From the NCBI GenBank assembly GCA_024231215.1, contig JAAEQR010000003.1:22660-86659 (forward strand): DNA of 64,000 bases, given 5' to 3'. Below, piece by piece: positions 46,364 through 56,667 of the stretch. The position numbers and the translations under genes were made by a program. Source of the stretch: PVC group bacterium (lineage in GTDB: Bacteria > Omnitrophota > Gorgyraeia > B26-G9). The notes beneath the pieces were generated by a model. The model made no database searches. It had not been told where the DNA came from and worked only from the letters and a program-made list of their open reading frames with translations. Within the stretch, counting starts at the first letter, position 1, and each line of letters opens with the position of its first letter.

Positions 46364-49183
46364 ATGTTATCTAAGAGATTCGTAAAAATTATTTCAATTG
46401 TAATCATTCAGGCATTTTTGGTTTTGGACTTTGCCTGGGCCATGGGGCCTGATGCCAGATTTTTTGATGCCGGAGCACAGGAATATCTTGCTCCGACATT
46501 AACTATTAACAGCGCGCCGATTCAGGCAACTTTGCAAAATATGATGGCGCGTGAGAAATCACTTCAGGATGTTATTGATTTTGGCAAAGAAGAAAAAACA
46601 GAATTCTTTGCCGGGTTATCTAAAGAAGAAAAAATAAAACAGCTTGAACAATGGATGGCTGCGTCTTTTGAAGGCGGCGGACCCAAAGGCGCTTATGAAG
46701 CAGGGATTGGACAACTGTTTATGGAGTCATGGATGCATTTGAAAAACCAGGGCAAGGAAGATGTTACCGGGTTTGATGTTATCGGGGGTAACTCCGCAGG
46801 TGCAATTAATGCTTTGTTTTTTAGTTTAGCAATAATGTATGATCCGACTTTTGTTAAATATAATGAAATTACCTGGGTAAAACATTTAAATTTAAAGAAT
46901 TTATTAGAACCGGGCCAAAATTATAATCCTAAGAACGCAGTTTTTTCCAGCCAAATAATAGATCGCGCAATAAAAGCCATAGAGCAAAAGTTGGAAGAGT
47001 GTAAGAATAACGACAAGACTCTTTCTTATGCTCCGGAAGAGATAAGAGTTGTTTTTTCAGTAACCAATCTTAGTGGAACTCCTTATTGGGATGAAGTGAA
47101 GAATCTTCTGGATGGTAAAAAAGGTATTAGATATGACCACCAGGGGAAAATCCATTTTACAATTAAAAAGAAAGACCGCTACAGTCCTGAGACTATGGAA
47201 ATGCTTACATTGATGATGAAAGTTGCGGTAGCTTCAGCATCAATTCCAATTGTTTTTGAAGCGCGAAAAATAGCTCAGTCAGTTAGAGCTTATCCTGGCA
47301 GCATTTTGGCAAACATGGCTGTGAAAGCCGGGAAATGGCTTACCGAAAAAATCACATCAATTTTTGTCGATGGAATGCTTGTAGACAACAAGGCGATAAA
47401 AACAGTAGCAAAGCTAGCTAGGAAGAAGGATATTGAAGAGGGAATGCTGAACAGCAATTTGCGCAATAGATTGCAAGTGGCTATTTCACCGAATGTAATA
47501 GATGATACCGAAGGAGAAAGATTTGATAAACAGGATATCCCTTCTGTTGCTATGAAGAGCCTTAGTGCGGTTATGGCGCAAGTTCTTTATCAGAATGAAA
47601 AGATTGATGAGATAAATAAGAAAAACACGCTGATTACGCATTTCATACAGGATATACAGAAACAGGCTGAAAAAGTAAAGCGTTATAAATGGAGTAAGAA
47701 GCGACTAAAGCAGGAGATTGATGAGTTATTATTCGGATCAAGTTACAGTCTTATTAAACGCAAAAGTGAAAATAGAGCCAAAAGACACATTCTAAAGGAA
47801 ACAGGAAAAGAAGTGGAATATGAAGCGACCAAGGATGAAGTAGCCTGGTATATAAAAAGAAATAAAGAACGTGTAATCAGGCAGCGTTTGCTGGCCAACG
47901 GAATTATTACCGAAGCACAGCTTAACAGTCAGGATGAACGGGATAAATTGTTTATTGATTACTTGGCACTTTTTACGTTTGTCGAGGAATGCGGTCGTGA
48001 TTTAAGAGGCAGGGAAGAAGTATACGTACATCAGATTGCGCCAACTAAGCATCCTTTGGCATCTGATCTCTTGCTCGGGTTTTTGAGTGAGGATGTCAGG
48101 CAGGCTGATTTTAATCAGGGATATGAAGATGCACGATTGGCATTGGAGGCGCTTTTAGGTGTGGATCTTTCTGGTTTGCGCCGGCAGGAATCGGTTCAGC
48201 AGACGGAAGGTTATCAGTTTGCTTATAGCAATGTTTCTTTGACAGAAAGAAAAGAAATAGTAAATATGCTTATTGCCAGAGCAAAACTTATTGTTAAAAC
48301 TATCTTAAGCAAAAAACATTCGTCCTTGGTGGGTAAAATATTCGCTCAGCCGGGGATTGTGGGAAGAAATATTCTGCTTAGTGGTGCTTTAATATTTGTT
48401 AAAAAAATGCTGGCAAAACAATTTCATATTCCTCAGGATGAAAAAAATGCTAAAGCAAGAAGAGTCGAGTCTTTAAAGCTAAATATGCGTAATAATATTT
48501 TATATAAAGAGAATGAACTTTATAATTTAAAGGAAACAAAAGCAAGGCTGGAGCAAATAGCTAATTCTAAGAAGCCGGTTGCAGTTATTGTAGGTAGTGA
48601 TTTAGAAACTTCATTTGAGGCAATGTCTGTGATTAGTAGGTATAGAAAAGATATTACTATTCTTAAAGCACCACATGGAGAGACCCCTGGACAAGCTTTG
48701 CGAACAAGTTATACAAAAGGAAAAGAGACTATTGATTTACATAAATCTACCCAATATAACAGAGATGTTATTTTAAAAACTTTTATTTTAAATTCAGGAA
48801 TTTTAATTAGTACTAAAAAGATGCTGGATAAATATTCTCGAATTGGAGGTAATTACAAAATTACAGAATTGGGGGAAAAAGCAGAAGCCGAGTGGGCAAC
48901 AATTATTAATAATAAAGAACATATAATTATATTGGGAGAGACCCCGGAACAATTAAAACCGATATTAAAGGATAAGGATGTATTAGAAATAGAGACAGCA
49001 AAGCATAGGAAGGCTTTGAATAGAAAAATCCCCTTTGTCGGCAGGAATGTTTGGGAGAAATATTTTGGCAAAGATAAGCAAGCTAAAACACGTAATTTAC
49101 TGGACCTTCGTTATGTACCTAGTTTTGGTGGATATAAACAACCATTGATGATGCATAATAATCTGGTGAATATAGCAATTTAA
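46364..49183 (+). CDS. leader-family protein 5 (939 aa): signal peptide plus a patatin-like phospholipase domain (ExoU/VipD-type)
   Basis: The leader reads …IVIIQAFLVLDFAWA|MGP…EYLAPTLTINS. The patatin blocks are GGGPKGAYEAG (oxyanion hole), GGNSAGA (GxSxG) and FVDGMLVDN (catalytic Asp). Confidence 0.65.
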   Translation: MLSKRFVKIISIVIIQAFLVLDFAWAMGPDARFFDAGAQEYLAPTLTINSAPIQATLQNMMAREKSLQDVIDFGKEEKTEFFAGLSKEEKIKQLEQWMAASFEGGGPKGAYEAGIGQLFMESWMHLKNQGKEDVTGFDVIGGNSAGAINALFFSLAIMYDPTFVKYNEITWVKHLNLKNLLEPGQNYNPKNAVFSSQIIDRAIKAIEQKLEECKNNDKTLSYAPEEIRVVFSVTNLSGTPYWDEVKNLLDGKKGIRYDHQGKIHFTIKKKDRYSPETMEMLTLMMKVAVASASIPIVFEARKIAQSVRAYPGSILANMAVKAGKWLTEKITSIFVDGMLVDNKAIKTVAKLARKKDIEEGMLNSNLRNRLQVAISPNVIDDTEGERFDKQDIPSVAMKSLSAVMAQVLYQNEKIDEINKKNTLITHFIQDIQKQAEKVKRYKWSKKRLKQEIDELLFGSSYSLIKRKSENRAKRHILKETGKEVEYEATKDEVAWYIKRNKERVIRQRLLANGIITEAQLNSQDERDKLFIDYLALFTFVEECGRDLRGREEVYVHQIAPTKHPLASDLLLGFLSEDVRQADFNQGYEDARLALEALLGVDLSGLRRQESVQQTEGYQFAYSNVSLTERKEIVNMLIARAKLIVKTILSKKHSSLVGKIFAQPGIVGRNILLSGALIFVKKMLAKQFHIPQDEKNAKARRVESLKLNMRNNILYKENELYNLKETKARLEQIANSKKPVAVIVGSDLETSFEAMSVISRYRKDITILKAPHGETPGQALRTSYTKGKETIDLHKSTQYNRDVILKTFILNSGILISTKKMLDKYSRIGGNYKITELGEKAEAEWATIINNKEHIIILGETPEQLKPILKDKDVLEIETAKHRKALNRKIPFVGRNVWEKYFGKDKQAKTRNLLDLRYVPSFGGYKQPLMMHNNLVNIAI

Positions 49184-49218
49184 GTGACAAGTTACGAGTG
49201 ACAGGTGAGAAGTTAATG

Positions 49219-49258
49219 CCCCCCTTCCGGGAATATCCGGGAGGGGGTTTTTGTTTTG
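49219..49258 (+). terminator. intrinsic terminator (CCCCCTTCCGGG…CCGGGAGGGGG followed by TTTTTGTTTTG)
   Basis: An 11-12 bp GC stem plus a T-run lies after protein 5. Confidence 0.9.
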
Positions 49259-49380
49259 TACTCGTATAGTTTGGCAATCATCCATCGCTATGTGGCGCTT
49301 AAGCCGCAGCGCATCTTTAACTCTCTGCGAATAAAACACTTAAATCTTCCATTTTTTTATAATAAAATCCCTTCTAGCTA

Positions 49381-49413
49381 TTGAAAAAAGCCAAATCATA
49401 TGGTATACTTTAC
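49381..49413 (+). promoter_or_regulatory. family promoter cassette, copy D: TTGAAA, 17-nt spacer, ATATGGTATACTTTAC
   Basis: The -10 TATACT is at 49404-49409. The -35 is a weaker TTGAAA. Confidence 0.6.
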
Positions 49414-49475
49414 CGATTTTATTTATCATTTTTTAGCAACTTTTTAAAGTGTATTTAAGAAAGAAGGAGTTTTTT

Positions 49476-52400
49476 ATGTTATCGACGAAAAATAATCAAA
49501 AAATTGGTTTCAAATTAATATCTTTTGTTCTTATCCAGGCTTTTCTTTTAATGAATGTTTCCGGTGCCTTTGCCGGACTGGCTGTGGCTCAAAACAGCGT
49601 GGAAAATCAAACTACACTCGCTCCGAATATTGCGATCAGCCATAATGCTTTGCAAGGCATGTTTATGGTTGAACAAGCTCCGGTGATCAAAGTGCCGGAA
49701 AGTTTAATCGACGTAGATTATTTTATGAAGACAGTACGTCGGGCATACTTGACTCGCAAGGTTAATGCTGTGAAAAAAGCTGAAGATTTAGAAACTGCGA
49801 TGCTGGGGATCGTGGAAAAGTATACATCTGCGGATACTGATAAAGTGCGTAGTGCGATCATTACTAAAGTTCGCAAGGCTGGTAAAGAACTTCCTATATA
49901 TAAAGAAGTGGAAAAAATGCTGACTAAAAAGTCTCTGCATATGGAAATGATAAAACATGTGCTTAAGAAAAAACAACTTGGTGAAAAGGTATTTACGGCT
50001 AATAGTGCTGGTGAGTTGTTGAAAACTTTTGGCGTGGATGAAGAGACGCAGCAGCAGGCAATAAATGATGCTAAGCAGACAATAGGTCTTGGTGTAAAAC
50101 TTACCCGTAAAGAACTCAAAAACATTTTAACCCAGATTCCAAGTAAAGAAAAAATTCCCTCTTTGGCTATAGAATATCTGGATAATAAATACAAAATTAA
50201 AGAATGGTGGGGGGTGCAGCTATTTAAAGGAATATGGATGTGTAAGATCGGACAAATGTCTTGGCCGGTGTTAGGGGTGAAAATAGTTCGCTTTGTAAAA
50301 GAGAATGATTTGCTTTCTAAATTCTGGGGAAAGTTTGTGGCTTGGTGGGAAGGCTCATTTAAAAGTTTTATTATTAACTATATAAAAGGAATAAAATTCC
50401 AGTATTCCCAGGGCTCAGGGTATAATTTCGAAACAGCGCGTAACTGGCTTGATACTTTACTTCGTCTTTATATAGATAAATCTGATCGTGAGGATGCTGA
50501 GATTGACCAGGCGCAGACAAGAGAATATATATTTGACCAAATGCGAAAAAAAGGGATTGTTCCGGAAGAGTATAAGCTTTTATTTGCGTCAATGGTTTCA
50601 AAACAGCCTGTGCCTGAAAACATCGAAGGCTTTGCTAAGACAGCAAGTGAAAAGAGATTAACAAATGAAGATATAAAAAAATTGACAATTATGCTTGATA
50701 AGGTAATTGACCGGGCAGAAATCGCGATTTCTCAATACGAATTATCAGGAAATTCCCGGACAGATGAAAAAGCCTGGGATATGCTGGATAAGCGTTTTGA
50801 AGTATATTTAAGCGTGGTTGAGAAACCGTTAATTACGGTGTTTGATATGTGTTCTAAATATCGCATTATCAGTGATATGGTATTTATGATGTTTAAAAAT
50901 TCAGGACTGCTGCTAGAGAATGACAAATATTTATTTAGCCGGATAGGCGATAAAAATATATTTGAAGATGTAAAAATACAGATCAGAGAAAGAATAGAGG
51001 ATAACCGGAAAATATTATCCGGGAAATTAGACAAAAACGATTACACCATAACTACAGCTGGCAACAACCTTAAAATAATTCTCCAGTATATTCTAATGAT
51101 AAAGCAGACAGCTTTTGCAGATGGAAAAGTTGATTTATATGAAGCTAAAAACTGGTTTGGTAAGTTATTTGATTTTTATAAGCAAAGTACTCCTGAATCT
51201 CGCAGGGATATTATTAAAAGACTGAAACGCGCGGAATTGATCCTCAGCGATAAAGATGAAGCATTGTTTAGTGAGTTGCTGAAATCAAAGCCGGGAGTTA
51301 CTGAAAAAATTATTATTGCCATGACTAAAAATGTAAAGACAAAGAGAGCCGGGGAGTCGAAAAGACAGAAATTGATAAAACAGATTCTAAGCGATAAATA
51401 TAGATATGTCTCCAAAATAAACGCACAGGTATCTGATGAGACTGTATTAAAATCAGTAGATAAAAAAGAATTAATCGGAGTTATCGATAGGTTTGTGCGG
51501 GCGCAAAACCTGATTATGGAAGCGGATAAGGTATACCTGGCCGCGGCAACCCCAGAAGAATATGCAGTCGCAGGGGAGATATTAGAAGATGTCCTAAGTA
51601 TTTATAAACTGACGAAATATCGTATGGAACGAAATATTATTTTTAAAATGCTGATAGAGGCAAGATTAGTAACGCGTGAACATAAAGGATTATTTGATTT
51701 GCTATATGCAGGTTCTGCAACCGCAGTCGAAGATATTAAAGATGCAGTTACGGCTCAAGTACAACAGCGCAAAAAAGATTTGGAAGAGTCTTTTATTGAA
51801 ATTCGTGAAGCTGTGAATAAGTCAGTAGAGCTTTATGAGAAAGCTGCGGAGTTATCTAAGGAGCAGATTGATGAATTTCTTAATGAAAAAATGGCTAAAG
51901 TTATAAGTGATTTTACCCAGGAGTATTCGTTTGAACAGGTATTAGAGAGTATCCGAAGGATGGAGACAGGAGAAAAAATAGATTTCTTAGTTGATTTATA
52001 TGAAGACGATAAAGCTAGGCCTGATCAAAAGAAAAGAATATTTGAGATATTAAAAGAAGTGGGATTGCTGGATGGTTTTTGGGTAAATGTTCACAATTTT
52101 TTCAGTAAGCTTGGGCTTACTAAGCGTTTTGCTGCAATTAAGGAACGTTTAAAAGAAACGATCCTGGGTAAAGTTTACTCTGTGCTAGGTGAAAAGAAGC
52201 TGAAGCTCGGGGGGCAGGCTATAGTTTATGCGAAGGCAGCTCAGGCTTTGGATCCGGCGTTAAAGATATATGTCAAAGAACCTTTAGCCAGGCAATTTAT
52301 AACTGAGAGACTGGAAGCGGCAAATTTAATTGATAATTCGATTCAGATGAAGGCAATGTTCTGGTTCTTAGCCGGAGCTAAGCCGTTTGAACCAACTAAT

Positions 52401-55019
52401 ATTATTATCCGGTTAATAAATATTCCGATAAGTGCAATCGGATTACTTATACAGTATCCGGCAAAATTGTTGATTAAATTCATGGTAAAAATAGTCATCA
52501 CTCATCGTCAGATACAAGAATCAGCACGGATTGAGCAGCTGATTATTGCCGCAAGGAAAAATATCGAAGAGGCTGTTAGTTTGTATTCTAAGGGTGATAA
52601 ACCAACCGCGGAAGTAAAAATAGATGCAGCTTTAGATACTTTTGGAGATGCAAAACAGACGCAGGCTAAAATTTTGCAGGCTTTTAAAGATAATGGTTTT
52701 CTTACGGAAGATGACACAGAGTTGAATAGCTTGTTTGATCAGTTGGCACAAAGCACAGATTATGCGCAAAAAGAATCTGTGAAGGCGGAGATTGTACAAA
52801 AGATAAGCATGAATCAGCCGGATCCTCTTCCGAGCGTAGACGTAATACTTGAAACAATAATTCCGGCGGCAGAGCAAGCATATATTGATAAGAATTGGGC
52901 TAGTTTGGAAGCTGCCCTGGATGTCTTTTTGAATTTTTATGAAAAGGTAAAAGAGCCTAGGGAGGAAGAGATTGTATTAAATGGTTTTGCGGGTGCTTTT
53001 CGTGAACATGATATATGGAGCGATACCCTGGATGTATTATTTGAAAAATTAAGAAGTCCGGGGCAGAATTATGAGCAGATTAGAAATGATATCAAAAGTT
53101 ACATTCAGAAAAAAATGAGTGGCACAACTCCGGAAGTGCCTGATTTAGATCAGGCACTTACTGCAATAGCAGAAGCGACGGGGTTATATGCGGATAAAAA
53201 ATATGAAGAAGCCGAAGCTGAATTACTTAAAGTATTGCAGTTTTATGCATTAAATACAGTAAGCGAACGAGAGCGTACAATTGTCATGGATAATATTAAG
53301 CCTTTGTTGCCTACAGAGGATAAGCAGTTAGAAGCGTTTTTTAGATCAATTGCCGATCAAAATACTCCGGATGAAGATAAACAAAGTTTGATAGCTGCGA
53401 TTATAGAAAAAATAACTATTTATCAGAAGTCCCAAGTTGATCCGACTCCGGAAATGCCGGATTTGAATAAAATACAGAGGGATGTGAATAAGGTCGTTAA
53501 TTTATATAAAGAAAAGCAAGATAATACTGCGGAAGAAATATTAGGATCGATACTGAATCTGGCAATAACTCACAAAGATAATGCAGAGGTTATAACTCCA
53601 ATATCCAATATGCTGGTGACTGCGGGATTATGGAATGATGCGGATAAGCAGTTGTTTTCGGAATTATTGCAGAAAAATGACTTGCAGGGGATAAAAGATA
53701 AGATTTCTGCAATCGTATTAAAACATAGAAATGAAATAAGATCAGCAACCGAATATATTAATACTGTAAAAGTTTTTTGTTACGAAAGAAAGTTTAATTG
53801 GGAAGTTGCGTCACAGTCGATTGATTCAGCCTTAACTCTTTATGAGGAAAATGCATGGGTGAGAGATTCAATAGCAGTAGCTTTAACCATGGAAAAAGCA
53901 TTGCTGGATAATGTTACCCGAAATGAATTAATTGGGAAGTTTAATAATGCGATAAAAAATAATGAAAATACAACCGGGATAAAGGGTGAGATAAAAGCGG
54001 CTATAAAAACTTATGCAACAGCGCAGTTAGAGAAAGTAGAGAAGGTAAAGCAAGTTGCGGCGAAAGATAAAGTTAGCAGTTTGACAATAATTATGCGTAA
54101 CAGCTATTACGCGAATGATCTGGATCTTCCGATACAGGCACGGGATGATTTGTTAGCAACATATGTTAAGGTTATGCCATTGCGGAGCTTAATAAAAGAA
54201 CAAATTATAGAAGCTGATTTAATGACAGAAGAGGATGTGAATAGATTATTCGGAGCTTTGGATAGGGTTTCTTCTGATGATGAAATAAAGGATGCACTAG
54301 ACGCTATCGAGAATAATATGTTAACCCATGTGTTGGAGCAACGGCTTGATAAGGCGCAGACCACTATTATACTTATAGCTGATCGTTATGAGGTGGCGGT
54401 AAAAGATGAAGACTATAAGAAAGCAGAGGATCTTTTGAATTATCCTTTGGCTGTGGCGTTAGATTGTAATGAGCATGCAGAGGCTATCTTGACGGAACTG
54501 GAAAAACAGAAATTAGTAACTACTAATGAAGTTAAAGGACACTTCCGGGACTATGTGAATTCCAGGGATGCCGGGTATCTCGATCTTTTAAAACGTAAAA
54601 TAACCGAAGCACAAAAAGCTCTTAAACAGATAGAAGAGCCGAAACAGCCGGATGATGGACAGCAGAATGATATTATTCAGTTGAAAATGAAAGTGGTAAA
54701 CTTTATTGCTGAGGCATGTGGTAATTATTATGTAACTGAAGATTTTGACGCGGCAGGAAAATCTCTTAATGAAATATTGAATGCATATATGGAACATCCT
54801 GAAATACGTGATTTTATCACTGAAATCATGGAGAAGAATGACTTGATGAACGATACTATTAAGGGGTTATTTAAAGACTTAGGAGTCTTGTCCGATAATA
54901 ATATTTCCGAACAACAGATTGATAGTATAAGAGGAAAGATACAGGATGCTGTAAAAGCAAATGTAAAAGCAGTAAAAAGAAATAAAAAGATGCTGGAATT
55001 AATTGGCATGGCGATTTAA
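49476..55019 (+). CDS. leader-family protein 6 (~1847 aa): signal peptide plus a giant K/E-rich α-helical protein built of ~105-aa degenerate repeat modules
   Basis: The leader reads …FVLIQAFLLMNVSGAFA|GLA…TTLAPNIAISH. The ATG at 49476 follows an AAGAAGGAG RBS; the ORF track's GTG at 49449 is less likely. A recurring (D/E)-x-x-LF-x-x-L signature occurs roughly every 100 aa, and P-(E/D)-x-P-D-L module boundaries fall near nt 52818, 53130 and 53448. Confidence 0.7.
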   Translation: MLSTKNNQKIGFKLISFVLIQAFLLMNVSGAFAGLAVAQNSVENQTTLAPNIAISHNALQGMFMVEQAPVIKVPESLIDVDYFMKTVRRAYLTRKVNAVKKAEDLETAMLGIVEKYTSADTDKVRSAIITKVRKAGKELPIYKEVEKMLTKKSLHMEMIKHVLKKKQLGEKVFTANSAGELLKTFGVDEETQQQAINDAKQTIGLGVKLTRKELKNILTQIPSKEKIPSLAIEYLDNKYKIKEWWGVQLFKGIWMCKIGQMSWPVLGVKIVRFVKENDLLSKFWGKFVAWWEGSFKSFIINYIKGIKFQYSQGSGYNFETARNWLDTLLRLYIDKSDREDAEIDQAQTREYIFDQMRKKGIVPEEYKLLFASMVSKQPVPENIEGFAKTASEKRLTNEDIKKLTIMLDKVIDRAEIAISQYELSGNSRTDEKAWDMLDKRFEVYLSVVEKPLITVFDMCSKYRIISDMVFMMFKNSGLLLENDKYLFSRIGDKNIFEDVKIQIRERIEDNRKILSGKLDKNDYTITTAGNNLKIILQYILMIKQTAFADGKVDLYEAKNWFGKLFDFYKQSTPESRRDIIKRLKRAELILSDKDEALFSELLKSKPGVTEKIIIAMTKNVKTKRAGESKRQKLIKQILSDKYRYVSKINAQVSDETVLKSVDKKELIGVIDRFVRAQNLIMEADKVYLAAATPEEYAVAGEILEDVLSIYKLTKYRMERNIIFKMLIEARLVTREHKGLFDLLYAGSATAVEDIKDAVTAQVQQRKKDLEESFIEIREAVNKSVELYEKAAELSKEQIDEFLNEKMAKVISDFTQEYSFEQVLESIRRMETGEKIDFLVDLYEDDKARPDQKKRIFEILKEVGLLDGFWVNVHNFFSKLGLTKRFAAIKERLKETILGKVYSVLGEKKLKLGGQAIVYAKAAQALDPALKIYVKEPLARQFITERLEAANLIDNSIQMKAMFWFLAGAKPFEPTNIIIRLINIPISAIGLLIQYPAKLLIKFMVKIVITHRQIQESARIEQLIIAARKNIEEAVSLYSKGDKPTAEVKIDAALDTFGDAKQTQAKILQAFKDNGFLTEDDTELNSLFDQLAQSTDYAQKESVKAEIVQKISMNQPDPLPSVDVILETIIPAAEQAYIDKNWASLEAALDVFLNFYEKVKEPREEEIVLNGFAGAFREHDIWSDTLDVLFEKLRSPGQNYEQIRNDIKSYIQKKMSGTTPEVPDLDQALTAIAEATGLYADKKYEEAEAELLKVLQFYALNTVSERERTIVMDNIKPLLPTEDKQLEAFFRSIADQNTPDEDKQSLIAAIIEKITIYQKSQVDPTPEMPDLNKIQRDVNKVVNLYKEKQDNTAEEILGSILNLAITHKDNAEVITPISNMLVTAGLWNDADKQLFSELLQKNDLQGIKDKISAIVLKHRNEIRSATEYINTVKVFCYERKFNWEVASQSIDSALTLYEENAWVRDSIAVALTMEKALLDNVTRNELIGKFNNAIKNNENTTGIKGEIKAAIKTYATAQLEKVEKVKQVAAKDKVSSLTIIMRNSYYANDLDLPIQARDDLLATYVKVMPLRSLIKEQIIEADLMTEEDVNRLFGALDRVSSDDEIKDALDAIENNMLTHVLEQRLDKAQTTIILIADRYEVAVKDEDYKKAEDLLNYPLAVALDCNEHAEAILTELEKQKLVTTNEVKGHFRDYVNSRDAGYLDLLKRKITEAQKALKQIEEPKQPDDGQQNDIIQLKMKVVNFIAEACGNYYVTEDFDAAGKSLNEILNAYMEHPEIRDFITEIMEKNDLMNDTIKGLFKDLGVLSDNNISEQQIDSIRGKIQDAVKANVKAVKRNKKMLELIGMAI
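52500..54900 (+). repeat. in-frame degenerate tandem repeats of ~312-318 nt (104-106 codons) inside the protein 6 gene
   Basis: Three modules are aligned, starting with QPDPLPSVDVILETI, TPEVPDLDQALTAI and TPEMPDLNKIQRDV. Further diverged copies carry the …ExxLFxxL… motif. Confidence 0.5.
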
Positions 55020-55049
55020 TTGGTGAATGGTTGATCGTGAATAGTTTTT

Positions 55050-55072
55050 GGGCCGGTTGAGACCGGCCCAAA
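55050..55072. other. GC-rich hairpin (GGGCCGGT-TGAG-ACCGGCCC) between protein 6 and protein 7
   Basis: A perfect 8-bp stem with a 4-nt loop. The T-run is upstream (TTTTTG), not downstream, so it is ambiguous as a terminator. Confidence 0.4.
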
Positions 55073-55088
55073 CTGATATATAATTAAT

Positions 55089-56639
55089 ATGAAAATAATT
55101 ACAAGTATAATCATACAGATATTTTTATTTACTACCTTGTGCTTTGGCGCGGGAGCGAATAGCTATCTTTCCCCTGAGATATCCATGGCTAGTGAAGGAG
55201 TAAAGGACAGGATATCTCAGGTATCCGAGCAAGATAATACTGCGTCTATTTTTCCTACCTATGATGTGATTAAAGAACTCAAGAAAGAAAATTATATTTC
55301 AGGTAAAATTGGCCAGCATGATTTTGCCGGAACAGTAAGACGACGGAAAGGTTTTTTATTTATCCATAATGTATATAAGCCTCAGAGCAAGAAAGATATC
55401 CGATGCTGGGGCGGTGTTTTATTTAAGGTTCCGTATGAAATAATACCTTCTGAAGACGAGGATAAAGGTGTGTTTTTGAAAATGCGTATAAAAGATGTAT
55501 CTAAAAACGGAAAGTTTTCTCTTACCTTGCAATGGCCGGAATTAAAGAATGATAGTTATGTGCGGCTTGTCTATGATACGGATAAAACAGGGGAGATCAC
55601 TATAAACTTATCTAAACTGGTTAAGGACAGAGGATTGCCGGCTGGGGATCAGTTTTATGTACAGGTATTGCCGGTTGGTCATAATGCTAAAGTAGAAATA
55701 GATGAATTTGTTTTAGAAAATATTCCGGTGCGGCAGGAAGAAAATGCTGTGTATAACCGGCATATATACCCTATATATAAAGAAGGGGAATATCCAATTA
55801 ACTTAACTTCGTATCAGGCGGAACAAATTCGCGTGTTTTTGTCTGCAATTTACTCGATTTCAGAAGAGAGCAAAAGGAAAGATGTTTCCAAAGTAGAAAT
55901 AGGTGGTGAGTTGTTTGATTTGCTTAATCAGATAATGGAAGAGCAGGAGAGTTTATGTCTTTTAATGGAATTGGGATATGAAGAGCCGCTGTTGAAAATA
56001 TTAACAGTATTAAAAAAGAAGTTTTTGCGTATGTCTAACATAGCAGTAAAGGTTGAAAAGCTAAAAATAGAAATGCAGAGTAATTCTCGAATGTTAAGAG
56101 TAAGAAGACTGGAAAAAGAGTGGTCTTATATTAATAATCAGTTCGAAGAAAAAAATGCGCAGTACACTGAGACTTTACGCCAGCATCGGGTATTTGGTTC
56201 ACCTCATCCGGGAAGCTATGATGAGATTATGTCCTTGTTTGAAATAAAGAATCATTTGTTTGGAGAATTGAATCGGACAAAAGATGAGTTATTTCGTAAG
56301 GTGGTTGAATACTATAATCATTGTCGTAACTTTTGTAAATTTAAAAGGACCTTAAAGCAGAAGATGGAAGAGATAAATACCATATTAAACAGCAAAGAGG
56401 AGGCTAATATATATTCGAATCCGGAATTATTAGCAAAAGAATTTAAAAAATATTCGTCTTTGATGGGCTCTCCTTCGAAGGCGAGCCGCCTGACTGCCGA
56501 AGATAAAAAATCTGTTATAAAGATGGTTATGTCTTATATTTCTTCGCAATCCGATAGACGCGAGGAAAATATCACTTCGGTGAAATCAATTAAAGAGATT
56601 TCTCGTCCTGCTTTATCTTTCGTGGAATCAGCAATATAG
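55089..56639 (+). CDS. leader-family protein 7 (516 aa), function unknown
   Basis: The leader reads MKIITSIIIQIFLFTTLCFGAGA|NSYLSPEISMAS. Confidence 0.65.
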   Translation: MKIITSIIIQIFLFTTLCFGAGANSYLSPEISMASEGVKDRISQVSEQDNTASIFPTYDVIKELKKENYISGKIGQHDFAGTVRRRKGFLFIHNVYKPQSKKDIRCWGGVLFKVPYEIIPSEDEDKGVFLKMRIKDVSKNGKFSLTLQWPELKNDSYVRLVYDTDKTGEITINLSKLVKDRGLPAGDQFYVQVLPVGHNAKVEIDEFVLENIPVRQEENAVYNRHIYPIYKEGEYPINLTSYQAEQIRVFLSAIYSISEESKRKDVSKVEIGGELFDLLNQIMEEQESLCLLMELGYEEPLLKILTVLKKKFLRMSNIAVKVEKLKIEMQSNSRMLRVRRLEKEWSYINNQFEEKNAQYTETLRQHRVFGSPHPGSYDEIMSLFEIKNHLFGELNRTKDELFRKVVEYYNHCRNFCKFKRTLKQKMEEINTILNSKEEANIYSNPELLAKEFKKYSSLMGSPSKASRLTAEDKKSVIKMVMSYISSQSDRREENITSVKSIKEISRPALSFVESAI

Positions 56640-56667
56640 TTAATATTTATAGGAAAAAAATTAAATT

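Noticed and set aside
55050-55072. A hairpin after leader-family gene 6 considered as a firm rho-independent terminator.
   Set aside because: The stem is perfect, but the U/T-run lies on the 5' side in the + orientation. Gene 7 follows within 16 nt, so it is more likely an attenuator or stability element. I list it only as 'other'.
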